Shown: positions 22,694 to 30,370 of the stretch, piece by piece
How the letters are laid out: every line of letters begins with the position of its first letter
Numbering within the stretch: position 1 is the first letter of the stretch
Assembly: GCA_001794215.1 (NCBI GenBank)
Contig: MGJK01000002.1
Span: forward strand, 3,310-67,309
Length of the DNA: 64,000 bases
DNA from: Candidatus Yanofskybacteria bacterium RIFCSPHIGHO2_01_FULL_44_24
GTDB lineage: Bacteria; Patescibacteriota; Minisyncoccia; 2-02-FULL-40-12; GWA2-44-9
Reading direction: 5' to 3'
The notes under the pieces: generated by a model
What the model saw: only the letters and a program-made list of their open reading frames with translations
The model's database searches: none
What the model was told of the DNA's origin: nothing
Translations under genes and position numbers: made by a program

Positions 22694-23428
22694 ATGAATT
22701 TTGCCAAGTATTCCATGAAGTGGCTTTCCGATCTTATTTTTCCGGCTAAATGCGTCGGATGCGGTGAATTTCCCGGAGGTAAATTCCGGGGCTATTTGTG
22801 CGGGCGGTGTATGGCTTCGATTAAAATAAAAAACAGCTTCGAGTGCATCGGCTGCAAAAAGAGCGTTCCGCTGGGGAAAACTTGTTATTTCTGCCGAGAC
22901 GGCAACTCGATTGATCAATTGCTTGTTGCGGCGGACTATAAGGATTTCAAGGTCGAGGCGTTGCTGAAGGCGATAAAATATAGATTTATTAAAGATCTGA
23001 TTCTGCCAGCTTTTATTTTAGTCAAAAAATATCTGAAGCATTTTAACTTGAAAAAAGAAGCCGACCTTTTCCAAGGCAGACCGTTGGTCGTCCCTATCCC
23101 CCTTCATCGGGCTCGGTACAATTGGCGCGGATTTAACCAGTCTGAAATTCTTGCCGGACTTTTGGCTGATAATTTTCAGATGCATACGAGGTCGGATATT
23201 ATTGTAAGAATTAAGAAATCGAAACCTCAGGCCGAAATCGAGGATCGTGAAGAAAGAATGAAGAATGTCGAAAGTTTTTTTTGCGTTTTGAGACCCGAAG
23301 CGGTCAGGGGCAGGACGGTACTGTTAGTTGATGACATATGCACTACCGGTGCTACGCTGAATGAAGCGGCAAAAGTACTTAAGGCGTCGGGCGCTAAAAA
23401 AGTTGTTGGTTTAGTCGTTGCCAGGTAG
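22694..23428 (+). CDS. comF: Competence protein ComF (double zinc ribbon plus PRT domain)
   Basis: Four CxxC motifs, VPIPLH..RGFNQS, LLVDDICTTGATL. Confidence 0.93.
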   Translation: MNFAKYSMKWLSDLIFPAKCVGCGEFPGGKFRGYLCGRCMASIKIKNSFECIGCKKSVPLGKTCYFCRDGNSIDQLLVAADYKDFKVEALLKAIKYRFIKDLILPAFILVKKYLKHFNLKKEADLFQGRPLVVPIPLHRARYNWRGFNQSEILAGLLADNFQMHTRSDIIVRIKKSKPQAEIEDREERMKNVESFFCVLRPEAVRGRTVLLVDDICTTGATLNEAAKVLKASGAKKVVGLVVAR

Positions 23429-23548
23429 TAGAAGTTTCAGTTGCGGTTCTACCGCCAAGAATATACTGAAACTTTCACTACCTGGTTGCAAGGGGCTGAT
23501 TTTTGTGTTAAAATTTGACATAACTTGTTGGTCTCTTGAACATAGCGC

Positions 23549-23637
23549 GGAGGTGTGGCTGAGCGGTCTAAAGCGGCACGGTGCTAACGTGTTGTCCGGG
23601 TTAAACTGGACCGCAGGTTCGAATCCTGCCACCTCCG
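23549..23637 (+). tRNA. tRNA-Ser(GCT)
   Basis: Acceptor GGAGGTG/CACCTCC, anticodon arm GCACG-GTGCTAA-CGTGT, long variable arm, G73. Confidence 0.92.
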
Positions 23638-23741
23638 CATTGTGTTTTTGCGGTTTCTCGGGAATGGTTAGAAGTTCTGTTGCAAGGCGGCTAATTTATG
23701 TTAGGATAATCTCGCTCAGATTTTTGACAGGGAGAGATTTA

Positions 23742-24131
23742 ATGGCTAATCAAAGAGTTTGGACCAAGGAAGAAATCCTAAAAATGTGGCCCCAGGCCAA
23801 AGGAGAACTTCAGGGATTCCAAAGACATCTTGAAAGAAATGCCGGAATCACGGCATCACAGTTGGGCATGGCTCTGCAGTTAGCCGACGAAGAATTTAGC
23901 AGACTGAAAGGCTCACCAAACCCTTATCAAGACCTTATAGATAAGGTTTGCTCTGCATTAAAAGAAGATTTTGTTAGATTTATTACCACAGGAGAAGGAA
24001 CTAATGTATACCTATCTCATGTTGACCATTGTCCTAAGTGCCAAAGGTCTATAGAAGAAGTAATTAAACGACAAGCAACTGCGTTTGAAAATCTTGCCCG
24101 CTCTTTAAGAGATAAGAGTTCCAGGAAATAA
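23742..24131 (+). CDS. Hypothetical protein with C-terminal HxxxCxxC (ZAS-like) motif
   Basis: SD GGGAG before ATG 23742; YLSHVDHCPKCQ plus an upstream Cys. Confidence 0.65.
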   Translation: MANQRVWTKEEILKMWPQAKGELQGFQRHLERNAGITASQLGMALQLADEEFSRLKGSPNPYQDLIDKVCSALKEDFVRFITTGEGTNVYLSHVDHCPKCQRSIEEVIKRQATAFENLARSLRDKSSRK

Positions 24132-24178
24132 TTCTATGCCGGCCGATAAGCCGGTTTTTGTTATCTTGCTTGGTTAGG

Positions 24179-25234
24179 TTAAAAGTTTTTTACGATTCTT
24201 TCCCAGGGAAGATCGGGTTTTCCGAAATGGCCGTAAATGGCCGTTTTTTGGTAGATAGGTTTCTGCAAGCCGAGAAGATCTATAATTCCTTTCGGTGAAA
24301 AATTGAATGATTTTATAATTTTCTGGCGTATAGAAAAATCATCCCCGGTACCGAATGTCTCCGCCTCTATCATCAAAGGCTCCCGTTTTCCTATGGCGTA
24401 AGCAATACTTACGAGGCATTGCCCCGCGTATTTATTGGCTACTATATTCTTGGCGACGAAGCGAGCCATATAAGCGGCCGAACGGTCTACCTTGGACGGG
24501 TCTTTACCGGAGAAGCATCCTCCGCCGTGGGGGATAAGTCCGCCATATGTATCAACCATAATTTTTCGGCCGGTAAGCCCGGTATCTGCCTGAAATCCGC
24601 CCAATGTAAATATTCCTGTCGGATTTATTAAAATTCTATAATCCCCTCCTCCAAGCGACGGTCTTATTAAATTCTCGGTGACAAGATTTCGTATCTGAGA
24701 AAGATTCATTTCCGGTTTGTGCTGACAGGAAATCAGCACATCGGTAATATCCGAATCTTTCATCGTAACCTGGGTTTTTCCGTCAGGACCCAGCCAGCTG
24801 AACAAGGAGTTATTTCTTCGTAAATTTTCAAGTCCTTGAGCTAAGCGATGCGCGTAAACTACTGTTCTTGGAAGAAATTCCGGAGTTTCGTTGGTGGCGT
24901 AGCCGTACATGATTCCCTGGTCTCCCGCTCCCCCCGTATCGACACCTCGAGCTATATCGGGTGATTGTTCCACCACGTTCGTCACTATCTTAATCTTGTC
25001 GGCATAGCCGATGGAGTCGTACACCTCCTTTACTATTTTTTTGATAGGAACCTTAGTTTTACTTGTTACCTCCCCGCCCACGACCACTAATCCGTGAGAG
25101 CCGAAAGCCTCCACCGCCACCCGGCTTAAGGGATCCTTTTTTAAATACGAATCGAGTATCGCATCCGATATTTGATCACATATCTTATCAGGATGTCCGG
25201 AAGTCACGCTTTCCGCGGTTTTTAATTTTGACAT
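24179..25234 (-). CDS. metK: S-adenosylmethionine synthetase
   Basis: ESVTSGHPDKICD, GAGDQG, GLTGRKIMVDTYGG, GKDPSKVDRS; SD GGAGG supports start 25234. Confidence 0.97.
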   Translation of the reverse strand: MSKLKTAESVTSGHPDKICDQISDAILDSYLKKDPLSRVAVEAFGSHGLVVVGGEVTSKTKVPIKKIVKEVYDSIGYADKIKIVTNVVEQSPDIARGVDTGGAGDQGIMYGYATNETPEFLPRTVVYAHRLAQGLENLRRNNSLFSWLGPDGKTQVTMKDSDITDVLISCQHKPEMNLSQIRNLVTENLIRPSLGGGDYRILINPTGIFTLGGFQADTGLTGRKIMVDTYGGLIPHGGGCFSGKDPSKVDRSAAYMARFVAKNIVANKYAGQCLVSIAYAIGKREPLMIEAETFGTGDDFSIRQKIIKSFNFSPKGIIDLLGLQKPIYQKTAIYGHFGKPDLPWERIVKNF

Positions 25235-25254
25235 AAAAAAACCTCCTTTTGGGG

Positions 25255-25400
25255 AAGTACGGCGTATCTGGTGATCCGGCATATCTCTCCCAATGGTTGG
25301 GCTATAGAGCACCTTGCCCATGGGCAGGTTGCTAGACAGATAATGAGGATATAGATCTCCTATTCTGCGATTAGCAGAACTCTCTGTCTTCTTGATATGT
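25255..25400 (-). ncRNA. SAM-I superfamily (SAM-I or SAM-I/IV) riboswitch
   Basis: Minus strand CATATC-AAGA..AGCAACC-TGCCCATGGGCA-AGGTGCT..AGA-GATATG, giving P1 CATATC/GATATG; directly upstream of metK. Confidence 0.88.
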
Positions 25401-25417
25401 TTAATTGTTATAACCTC

Positions 25418-25445
25418 AGTATAGCAATTGTTCATTCGGGGTCAA
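25418..25445 (-). promoter_or_regulatory. Sigma70 promoter of riboswitch-metK
   Basis: TTGACC-N16-TATACT with extended -10 TG. Confidence 0.7.
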
Positions 25446-25711
25446 ACGGCCTGGGTGGATTACTCCTGGAGTCGAGGAAACCCGATCGTATAGTTGACGC
25501 CCGAAACAGTCATAAAATATTTTAAATCAAAAATGTCAATGTTGATAGTCAGTGTATAATTAGTGGGTAATTTGACCGAATTTTTATAGTAACCCTCAGT
25601 ATTGGCCCAGTTTTTAAAATTTGACTTTTCTGTAATTTTGATCTATGATTCACCGCTTTGACATGATATATTTTCTTTAGCAGGTAGAATCATTACCTTA
25701 ACATCATCATA

Positions 25712-25760
25712 GAGTTCATTTCAAAATTCTTTTTAGCATATAGAATTTTGAAATGAACTC
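25712..25760. repeat. Perfect 19-bp inverted repeat
   Basis: GAGTTCATTTCAAAATTCT-N11-AGAATTTTGAAATGAACTC. Confidence 0.9.
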
Positions 25761-25857
25761 CGGGCAGCTGAAACGAAAGACCCTGATCGACGGTAGCTGT
25801 TTAAGTGAGTTTTCCGCCGTTAGCCTTGCGGTTTAGGGCGGAAAGCTTAATACGACT

Positions 25858-26292
25858 ATGGATAATCATGTTGTAGCAAAGCGCTACAGAACGGAATTAT
25901 CCTCGGTAAAGGATCTTCTTTTTTACTTCCTGCTTATTTGGACTGCGATCCTTCTTGTCTTAAGTTGGCTCGATTTCCTGATACCCAAGCTCGAAGTTTC
26001 CGAAGCTTTAGTCACCAGCTACCTGATACTATTAGGAGTCTACATCGTTCACAAGGAAACATCTCGATGGACCGGCGTTAAACTGAACGTCATGCCGGGC
26101 GAGTTATTCGTATATGTGTGGTGGATCTCTCTTTTAGCGATGCTTCTCATCGGCTTCTTCATACATAACGAAGTCTCATCCCCTATTCGTCACCTCACCT
26201 ATGAAGTTTTAGGAGCTTTTCTGTTGAGCGAACTATCAAAGAGCCTCAACGCCTATAAAAAGGGCGGACGGAACCTCAAAGAAGATAATTAG
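25858..26292 (+). CDS. Four-TM membrane hypothetical protein (internal two-TM repeat)
   Basis: Hydrophobic helices; YLILLGVYIVHKETSR resembles YEVLGAFLLSELSK. Confidence 0.75.
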   Translation: MDNHVVAKRYRTELSSVKDLLFYFLLIWTAILLVLSWLDFLIPKLEVSEALVTSYLILLGVYIVHKETSRWTGVKLNVMPGELFVYVWWISLLAMLLIGFFIHNEVSSPIRHLTYEVLGAFLLSELSKSLNAYKKGGRNLKEDN

Positions 26293-26358
26293 GAGGGGCC
26301 TTAAAGCGATTTGAAAACCACGCTGTTTTAAAGTAAAATAAAATGCCAGAGGTGTATT

Positions 26359-26445
26359 GGTGAGGTGGCCGAGTGGTTTAAGGCAGCACACTTGAAATGT
26401 GCCGTACGGGAAACCGTACCGTGAGTTCGAATCTCACCCTCACCG
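26359..26445 (+). tRNA. tRNA-Ser(TGA)
   Basis: Acceptor GGTGAGG/CCTCACC, anticodon arm GCACA-CTTGAAA-TGTGC, long variable arm, G73. Confidence 0.95.
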
Positions 26446-26488
26446 CCGAGGTTTAGCGAATAGTGATTCCCCATTTAAATATAGACAT

Positions 26489-27139
26489 ATGGCTCATTTA
26501 ATAGATTTAAGAAAAAAACCGAAAGAGGCAGTAAAAAAGATTGAAACCGTCAGAAAGATCGGCTATCCTCCTTTGCGTCGCGATAGTAAAAGGCTGAGCC
26601 GGCCGGTTATTAGCAGTGAAAGTGGCGTCAGGGTATCTAATAGCGTCTTAAGGGCGGTAGATAATGAGCACAGACTTGCCAGGCCCGTTATTTCTTGGGA
26701 GGCCCCATCGTTTTACTATAATCCGCAGAAAAAATACTTATCAATGATCATCATGGGTTTGGTAGCTGCCGGAGGCGGACTGTGGATCTTTCAGAAAGAC
26801 AGCTTATCGGCTATTTTTCTGATGATGACATCTTTGATGTTTATTCTTTACGCCAACAAAAAGCCGACCGTATCTCAGATTATCGTTAATGATACCGGAG
26901 TATCCGTTGCTGATACGCACTATCCTTACAGGGATCTGAAATCGTTTTGGATTGATTACAATCCCGGGGGTAACAAGGAGTTGAGCCTTGAGTCAAAGAA
27001 GTGGTATCTCCCCTACGTAAAGGTGTCTATCGCCCAAAAGGATCCTATTGAAATCAGATCCCTGATGTTAAGTTTTATTCCAGAAAAGCAGCATGAAGCC
27101 TCAATAGCCGATTTAATTGCCAGGAAAATCGGCCTTTAA
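26489..27139 (+). CDS. Conserved two-TM membrane protein (CPR-type, PH-like C-terminal domain)
   Basis: ISWEAP.F, two TM helices, YPYRDLKSFWI; start moved downstream of the tRNA. Confidence 0.75.
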   Translation: MAHLIDLRKKPKEAVKKIETVRKIGYPPLRRDSKRLSRPVISSESGVRVSNSVLRAVDNEHRLARPVISWEAPSFYYNPQKKYLSMIIMGLVAAGGGLWIFQKDSLSAIFLMMTSLMFILYANKKPTVSQIIVNDTGVSVADTHYPYRDLKSFWIDYNPGGNKELSLESKKWYLPYVKVSIAQKDPIEIRSLMLSFIPEKQHEASIADLIARKIGL

Positions 27140-27168
27140 TTAACCTCCGCTTTTTGTTAGGCATTTAT

Positions 27169-27402
27169 CCCCTCGTCGTTCAACGGATAGAACAGAAGAT
27201 TGTTCCCGATTTGTCCAAGAGCGAAACGATTGGACACAAATCGCAATCCCGCATAAAATTCAACTAAATCAATGTCCCCGTAGCTCAGCTGGATAGAGCG
27301 TCAGATTGCGGATCTGAAGGCCGGGTGTTCGAATCACCCCGGGGACACCAATTTTTGTGCGGGGCGGATCTTCAAATCGTGGTTCGATTTCACGCGAGGG
27401 GA
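27169..27402 (+). tRNA. Split or interrupted tRNA-Arg(GCG): 5' half 27169-27201, 3' half 27364-27402, 162-nt insert
   Basis: Acceptor CCCCTCG/CGAGGGG; D arm GTTC-AACGGATA-GAAC; anticodon stem GAAGA/TCTTC with loop TT|GCGGA; T arm CGTGG-TTCGATT-TCACG. Confidence 0.8.
27274..27350 (+). tRNA. tRNA-Arg(GCG), intact, nested in the insert of the split tRNA
   Basis: Acceptor GTCCCCG/CGGGGAC, anticodon arm TCAGA-TTGCGGA-TCTGA, T arm GGGTG-TTCGAAT-CACCC, encoded CCA. Confidence 0.95.
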
Positions 27403-27475
27403 CCGTTTGTTCGAGGGTTCGTAAATAGACGAGCCGTTTCCTCCTTGGGCCGGTTGATGGTATAATATAGGCCAA

Positions 27476-29701
27476 ATGGACCCCTCTCTTTCGATAGAAA
27501 AATTGAAGAACGTCGGGCCGAGGAATCTTTCCCGGCTTTATAACTTGGGGATCAAAACCTTAAAGGATCTTTTATGGCATTTCCCCGTCAGATACGAAGA
27601 TTATACCCAGACCCTCTCAATCTCGAATATTGAGCCGGGACAGAAAGTTAATGTTCAGGGCCAGATTGTCCAAATCAACAGCCGAAGAATATTTCCTCGA
27701 CGGATGTCGGTGACGAATGCAATTGTTCAGGATTCGACCGGCGCCGTAAAAGTTGTCTGGTTTAACCAACCATACATTGAGGAAACCCTACCGGAAGGAA
27801 CTTTCGTGAGCCTTGCCGGCAAGGTCAACTTAGATAAACACGGTCTTTACCTATCCAGTCCGGCCTATGAAAAAATAGTGAATAATGAATCTGGAGCGAT
27901 GAAGCAAGAAAGCGGAATTAAAGATTCACAACCCACAATTCACAATTCAAGCCTCAAGCATACCAGCGGACTCGTTCCGGTTTACCCCGAGACCGAGGGG
28001 GTTACTTCTAAATACTTACGATTTTTGATTAAGCCCCTTCTGAAGACTATAAAGCTCAACGATCCTTTGCCCCCCGCCATTCTTCAAAAGTATAACCTGC
28101 CTCAAATTGATGAGGCCATGAAGACTATCCATTATCCTCTCGATCCGGGCCAGGCGGATTTAGCCAAAGAAAGGTTTGCCTTCGAGGATCTCCTTCTGTT
28201 TCAGCTCAAAGCCCTTCTTGAGAGGCGCAAACTAAATCAGCTAAAATCAATATCCATTAAATTCGATCAGGAGTTTATAAAAGATTTTATTTCTAAACTG
28301 CCGTTTGAGCTTACCAAAGATCAGAAAATAGCTACCCTCGAAATATTGAAAGATATCGAAAAGAGTTATCCGATGAATCGGTTGCTCGAAGGAGATGTGG
28401 GAAGCGGAAAGACCGTGGTGGCATTGATTGCGGCTATGCAAATAGCCAAAGCAGGATTCCAGACTGTTTTCATGGTGCCGACCGAAGTCTTAGCCAACCA
28501 GCATTTTAAAACGGTCAGCTCTCTGGCCGGTCAGGACTTGTTAAGGGTCGGATTGCTTACTTCATCGGCATGCAAGTTGAACGGGTCGGATTTCAAGCGC
28601 TCGGAATTAAAAAAGGAAATAGCGGACGGAGGAGTCGACCTGATAATCGGCACTCACGCAGTTATTCAGAAGGATGTTTCTTTCAAAAATTTAGCCATGG
28701 TTGTGATTGACGAGCAGCATCGGTTCGGAATTCAGCAACGAGCAGCACTGGTAAAAAATTCCAACCCCCAAATCTTAAATGACAAACAAGCGCCAAATTC
28801 CCAAATTGGAAATTCTCAGCAGATAGTTCCTCATCTGCTGAGCATGACCGCCACCCCTATCCCCCGCACATTAGCCCTGACCATATATGGCGACCTAGAC
28901 ATCTCTCTGATAAAAGAAAAACCAAAAAACAGGCAGAAAATTATTACAAAAATAGTTTCTCCGTCCAAAGTTAAGGAAGCTTATCGGTTCGTAAGAGACG
29001 AAGTTGCAAAGGGGCGCCAGGCCTTTGTGGTATGTCCCCGGATAGAAGTGAGCGATCCCAGGAAGGAGATTAAGGTTTCCGGCGAGAGGTCAAAAATGAA
29101 TATACTCTGGGCCGATGTAAAAGCCGTTGAGGAAGAGTACCAAAAATTATCAGGATCAGTCTTTCCGGAGCTTCAGGTGGCGATGCTCCATGGCAAGTTA
29201 AAATCCAAAGAGAAAGATGAAATTATGAAGAAGTTCAAAGATGGAGATTTTGATATCCTTGTTTCCACCTCGGTGATCGAGGTCGGAGTAGATGTTCCTA
29301 ATGCAAGTATTATGATGATCGAGAGCGCAGAAAGATTCGGACTTGCCCAGCTGCATCAGTTCAGAGGAAGAGTCGGCCGAAGCGAGCATCAGTCATATTG
29401 TCTGCTCATTTCCTCTACCAGCGATAAGTCGGTTAATCAAAGGCTTAAGGCCTTGGAGGAATGCGATGACGGATTTGAATTGGCCGAAAAAGATATGTCT
29501 ATCAGGGGGCCGGGCGAATTTTTTGGAGTTAAGCAATCGGGAATCCCCGATTTAGGCATGGCTTCTCTGGCTAATGTTGATCTTATCAAAAAGGCCCGCC
29601 TTGAAGCGCGTCTGCTCCTGAAAGAAAACCCGTCGCTTACTAGCTATCCCCTACTCAAGGATCGTCTGGAGAGTTTTCAGAAGCTGACTCATTTTGAGTA
29701 G
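27476..29701 (+). CDS. recG: ATP-dependent DNA helicase RecG
   Basis: GDVGSGKT, DEQHRFG, SMTATPIPRTL, QLHQFRGRVGR. Confidence 0.97.
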   Translation: MDPSLSIEKLKNVGPRNLSRLYNLGIKTLKDLLWHFPVRYEDYTQTLSISNIEPGQKVNVQGQIVQINSRRIFPRRMSVTNAIVQDSTGAVKVVWFNQPYIEETLPEGTFVSLAGKVNLDKHGLYLSSPAYEKIVNNESGAMKQESGIKDSQPTIHNSSLKHTSGLVPVYPETEGVTSKYLRFLIKPLLKTIKLNDPLPPAILQKYNLPQIDEAMKTIHYPLDPGQADLAKERFAFEDLLLFQLKALLERRKLNQLKSISIKFDQEFIKDFISKLPFELTKDQKIATLEILKDIEKSYPMNRLLEGDVGSGKTVVALIAAMQIAKAGFQTVFMVPTEVLANQHFKTVSSLAGQDLLRVGLLTSSACKLNGSDFKRSELKKEIADGGVDLIIGTHAVIQKDVSFKNLAMVVIDEQHRFGIQQRAALVKNSNPQILNDKQAPNSQIGNSQQIVPHLLSMTATPIPRTLALTIYGDLDISLIKEKPKNRQKIITKIVSPSKVKEAYRFVRDEVAKGRQAFVVCPRIEVSDPRKEIKVSGERSKMNILWADVKAVEEEYQKLSGSVFPELQVAMLHGKLKSKEKDEIMKKFKDGDFDILVSTSVIEVGVDVPNASIMMIESAERFGLAQLHQFRGRVGRSEHQSYCLLISSTSDKSVNQRLKALEECDDGFELAEKDMSIRGPGEFFGVKQSGIPDLGMASLANVDLIKKARLEARLLLKENPSLTSYPLLKDRLESFQKLTHFE

Positions 29702-29704
29702 GGC

Positions 29705-30049
29705 TTGATCTACCTTCGCGAGATTGGTACATTGGTTGAGCAGAATGCTTCAAGACGGAGCGAGAGAGTGAGAATGAAGGCCGAAGATATGTGTTTACTC
29801 TGGGTAGCGGCCGAATTTCCTGAGCTTCTTAAGGACAAGGAAGAATATCGGCGTTGGTCTCGAGTATTTATAGCCAATGCCTCTACTCAGGGCAGAAAGC
29901 GGGTAGCTAAAGTTCTTAGGGCCATGAAAATGTTAGTTGGCGGTCGGTCTTTACCGAAAGATTTAAAGAAAGAAGGAAGGGTGGCTAAGAGGCTCCTGAA
30001 GTTGGCGGAAGAAAACAGGTATCGAGCTAAAAATCAAAAAACGGCGTAA
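29705..30049 (+). CDS. Hypothetical basic helical protein
   Basis: ORF fills the gap after recG and ends at a terminator; start uncertain (possibly ATG 29774). Confidence 0.5.
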   Translation: MIYLREIGTLVEQNASRRSERVRMKAEDMCLLWVAAEFPELLKDKEEYRRWSRVFIANASTQGRKRVAKVLRAMKMLVGGRSLPKDLKKEGRVAKRLLKLAEENRYRAKNQKTA

Positions 30050-30060
30050 CGGCCGTTTTA
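30037..30060. terminator. Bidirectional terminator
   Basis: AAAACGGC-gtaacg-GCCGTTTT between convergent genes. Confidence 0.7.
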
Positions 30061-30279
30061 ATTTGAGGATTTTCTTTTTCTGGAAACATTGATCCCGGCT
30101 CCGCTGTGGGCGTAAAGGCTTAGTCGAGATAGTTTGACTCCCGGAAATTCCGATCTGACTATTTTTAGAAAATCGGCAATCGTTATATCGTCATTTTGAT
30201 CGACTCCGTCCTCGCCGACAAAGCTCAGATTCAGCGTCCCCCATTCCAAACTGTAGACGAACTTTTTTGTTCGGGCCAT
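30058..30279 (-). CDS. Small hypothetical protein
   Basis: Strong SD GGAGGTG and a TTGACA promoter upstream. Confidence 0.7.
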   Translation of the reverse strand: MARTKKFVYSLEWGTLNLSFVGEDGVDQNDDITIADFLKIVRSEFPGVKLSRLSLYAHSGAGINVSRKRKSSN

Positions 30280-30370
30280 TACCGCACCTCCGGCCGAAAG
30301 CTATTTAATTTAATCAGACTGGGTAGCGCTGTCAACAGGCGTGTCCGGTAGGCTTCAGTGTGGGAACCCA

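Noticed and set aside
25763-25801. Hammerhead ribozyme (GAAAC and CTGATCGA motifs)
   Set aside because: There is no stem I and no NUH triplet, and the core has an extra base relative to CUGANGA.
27202-27363. Canonical self-splicing group I intron
   Set aside because: Only about 85 nt remain outside the inner tRNA, and no P3-P7 core is recognisable.
27195-27373. Alternative junctions giving tRNA-His(GTG) or tRNA-Asn(GTT)
   Set aside because: The body has an Arg-type D loop (A20) and A73, not C73 as for His. G37 is incompatible with Asn. Hairpin H2 ends exactly at the Arg junction.
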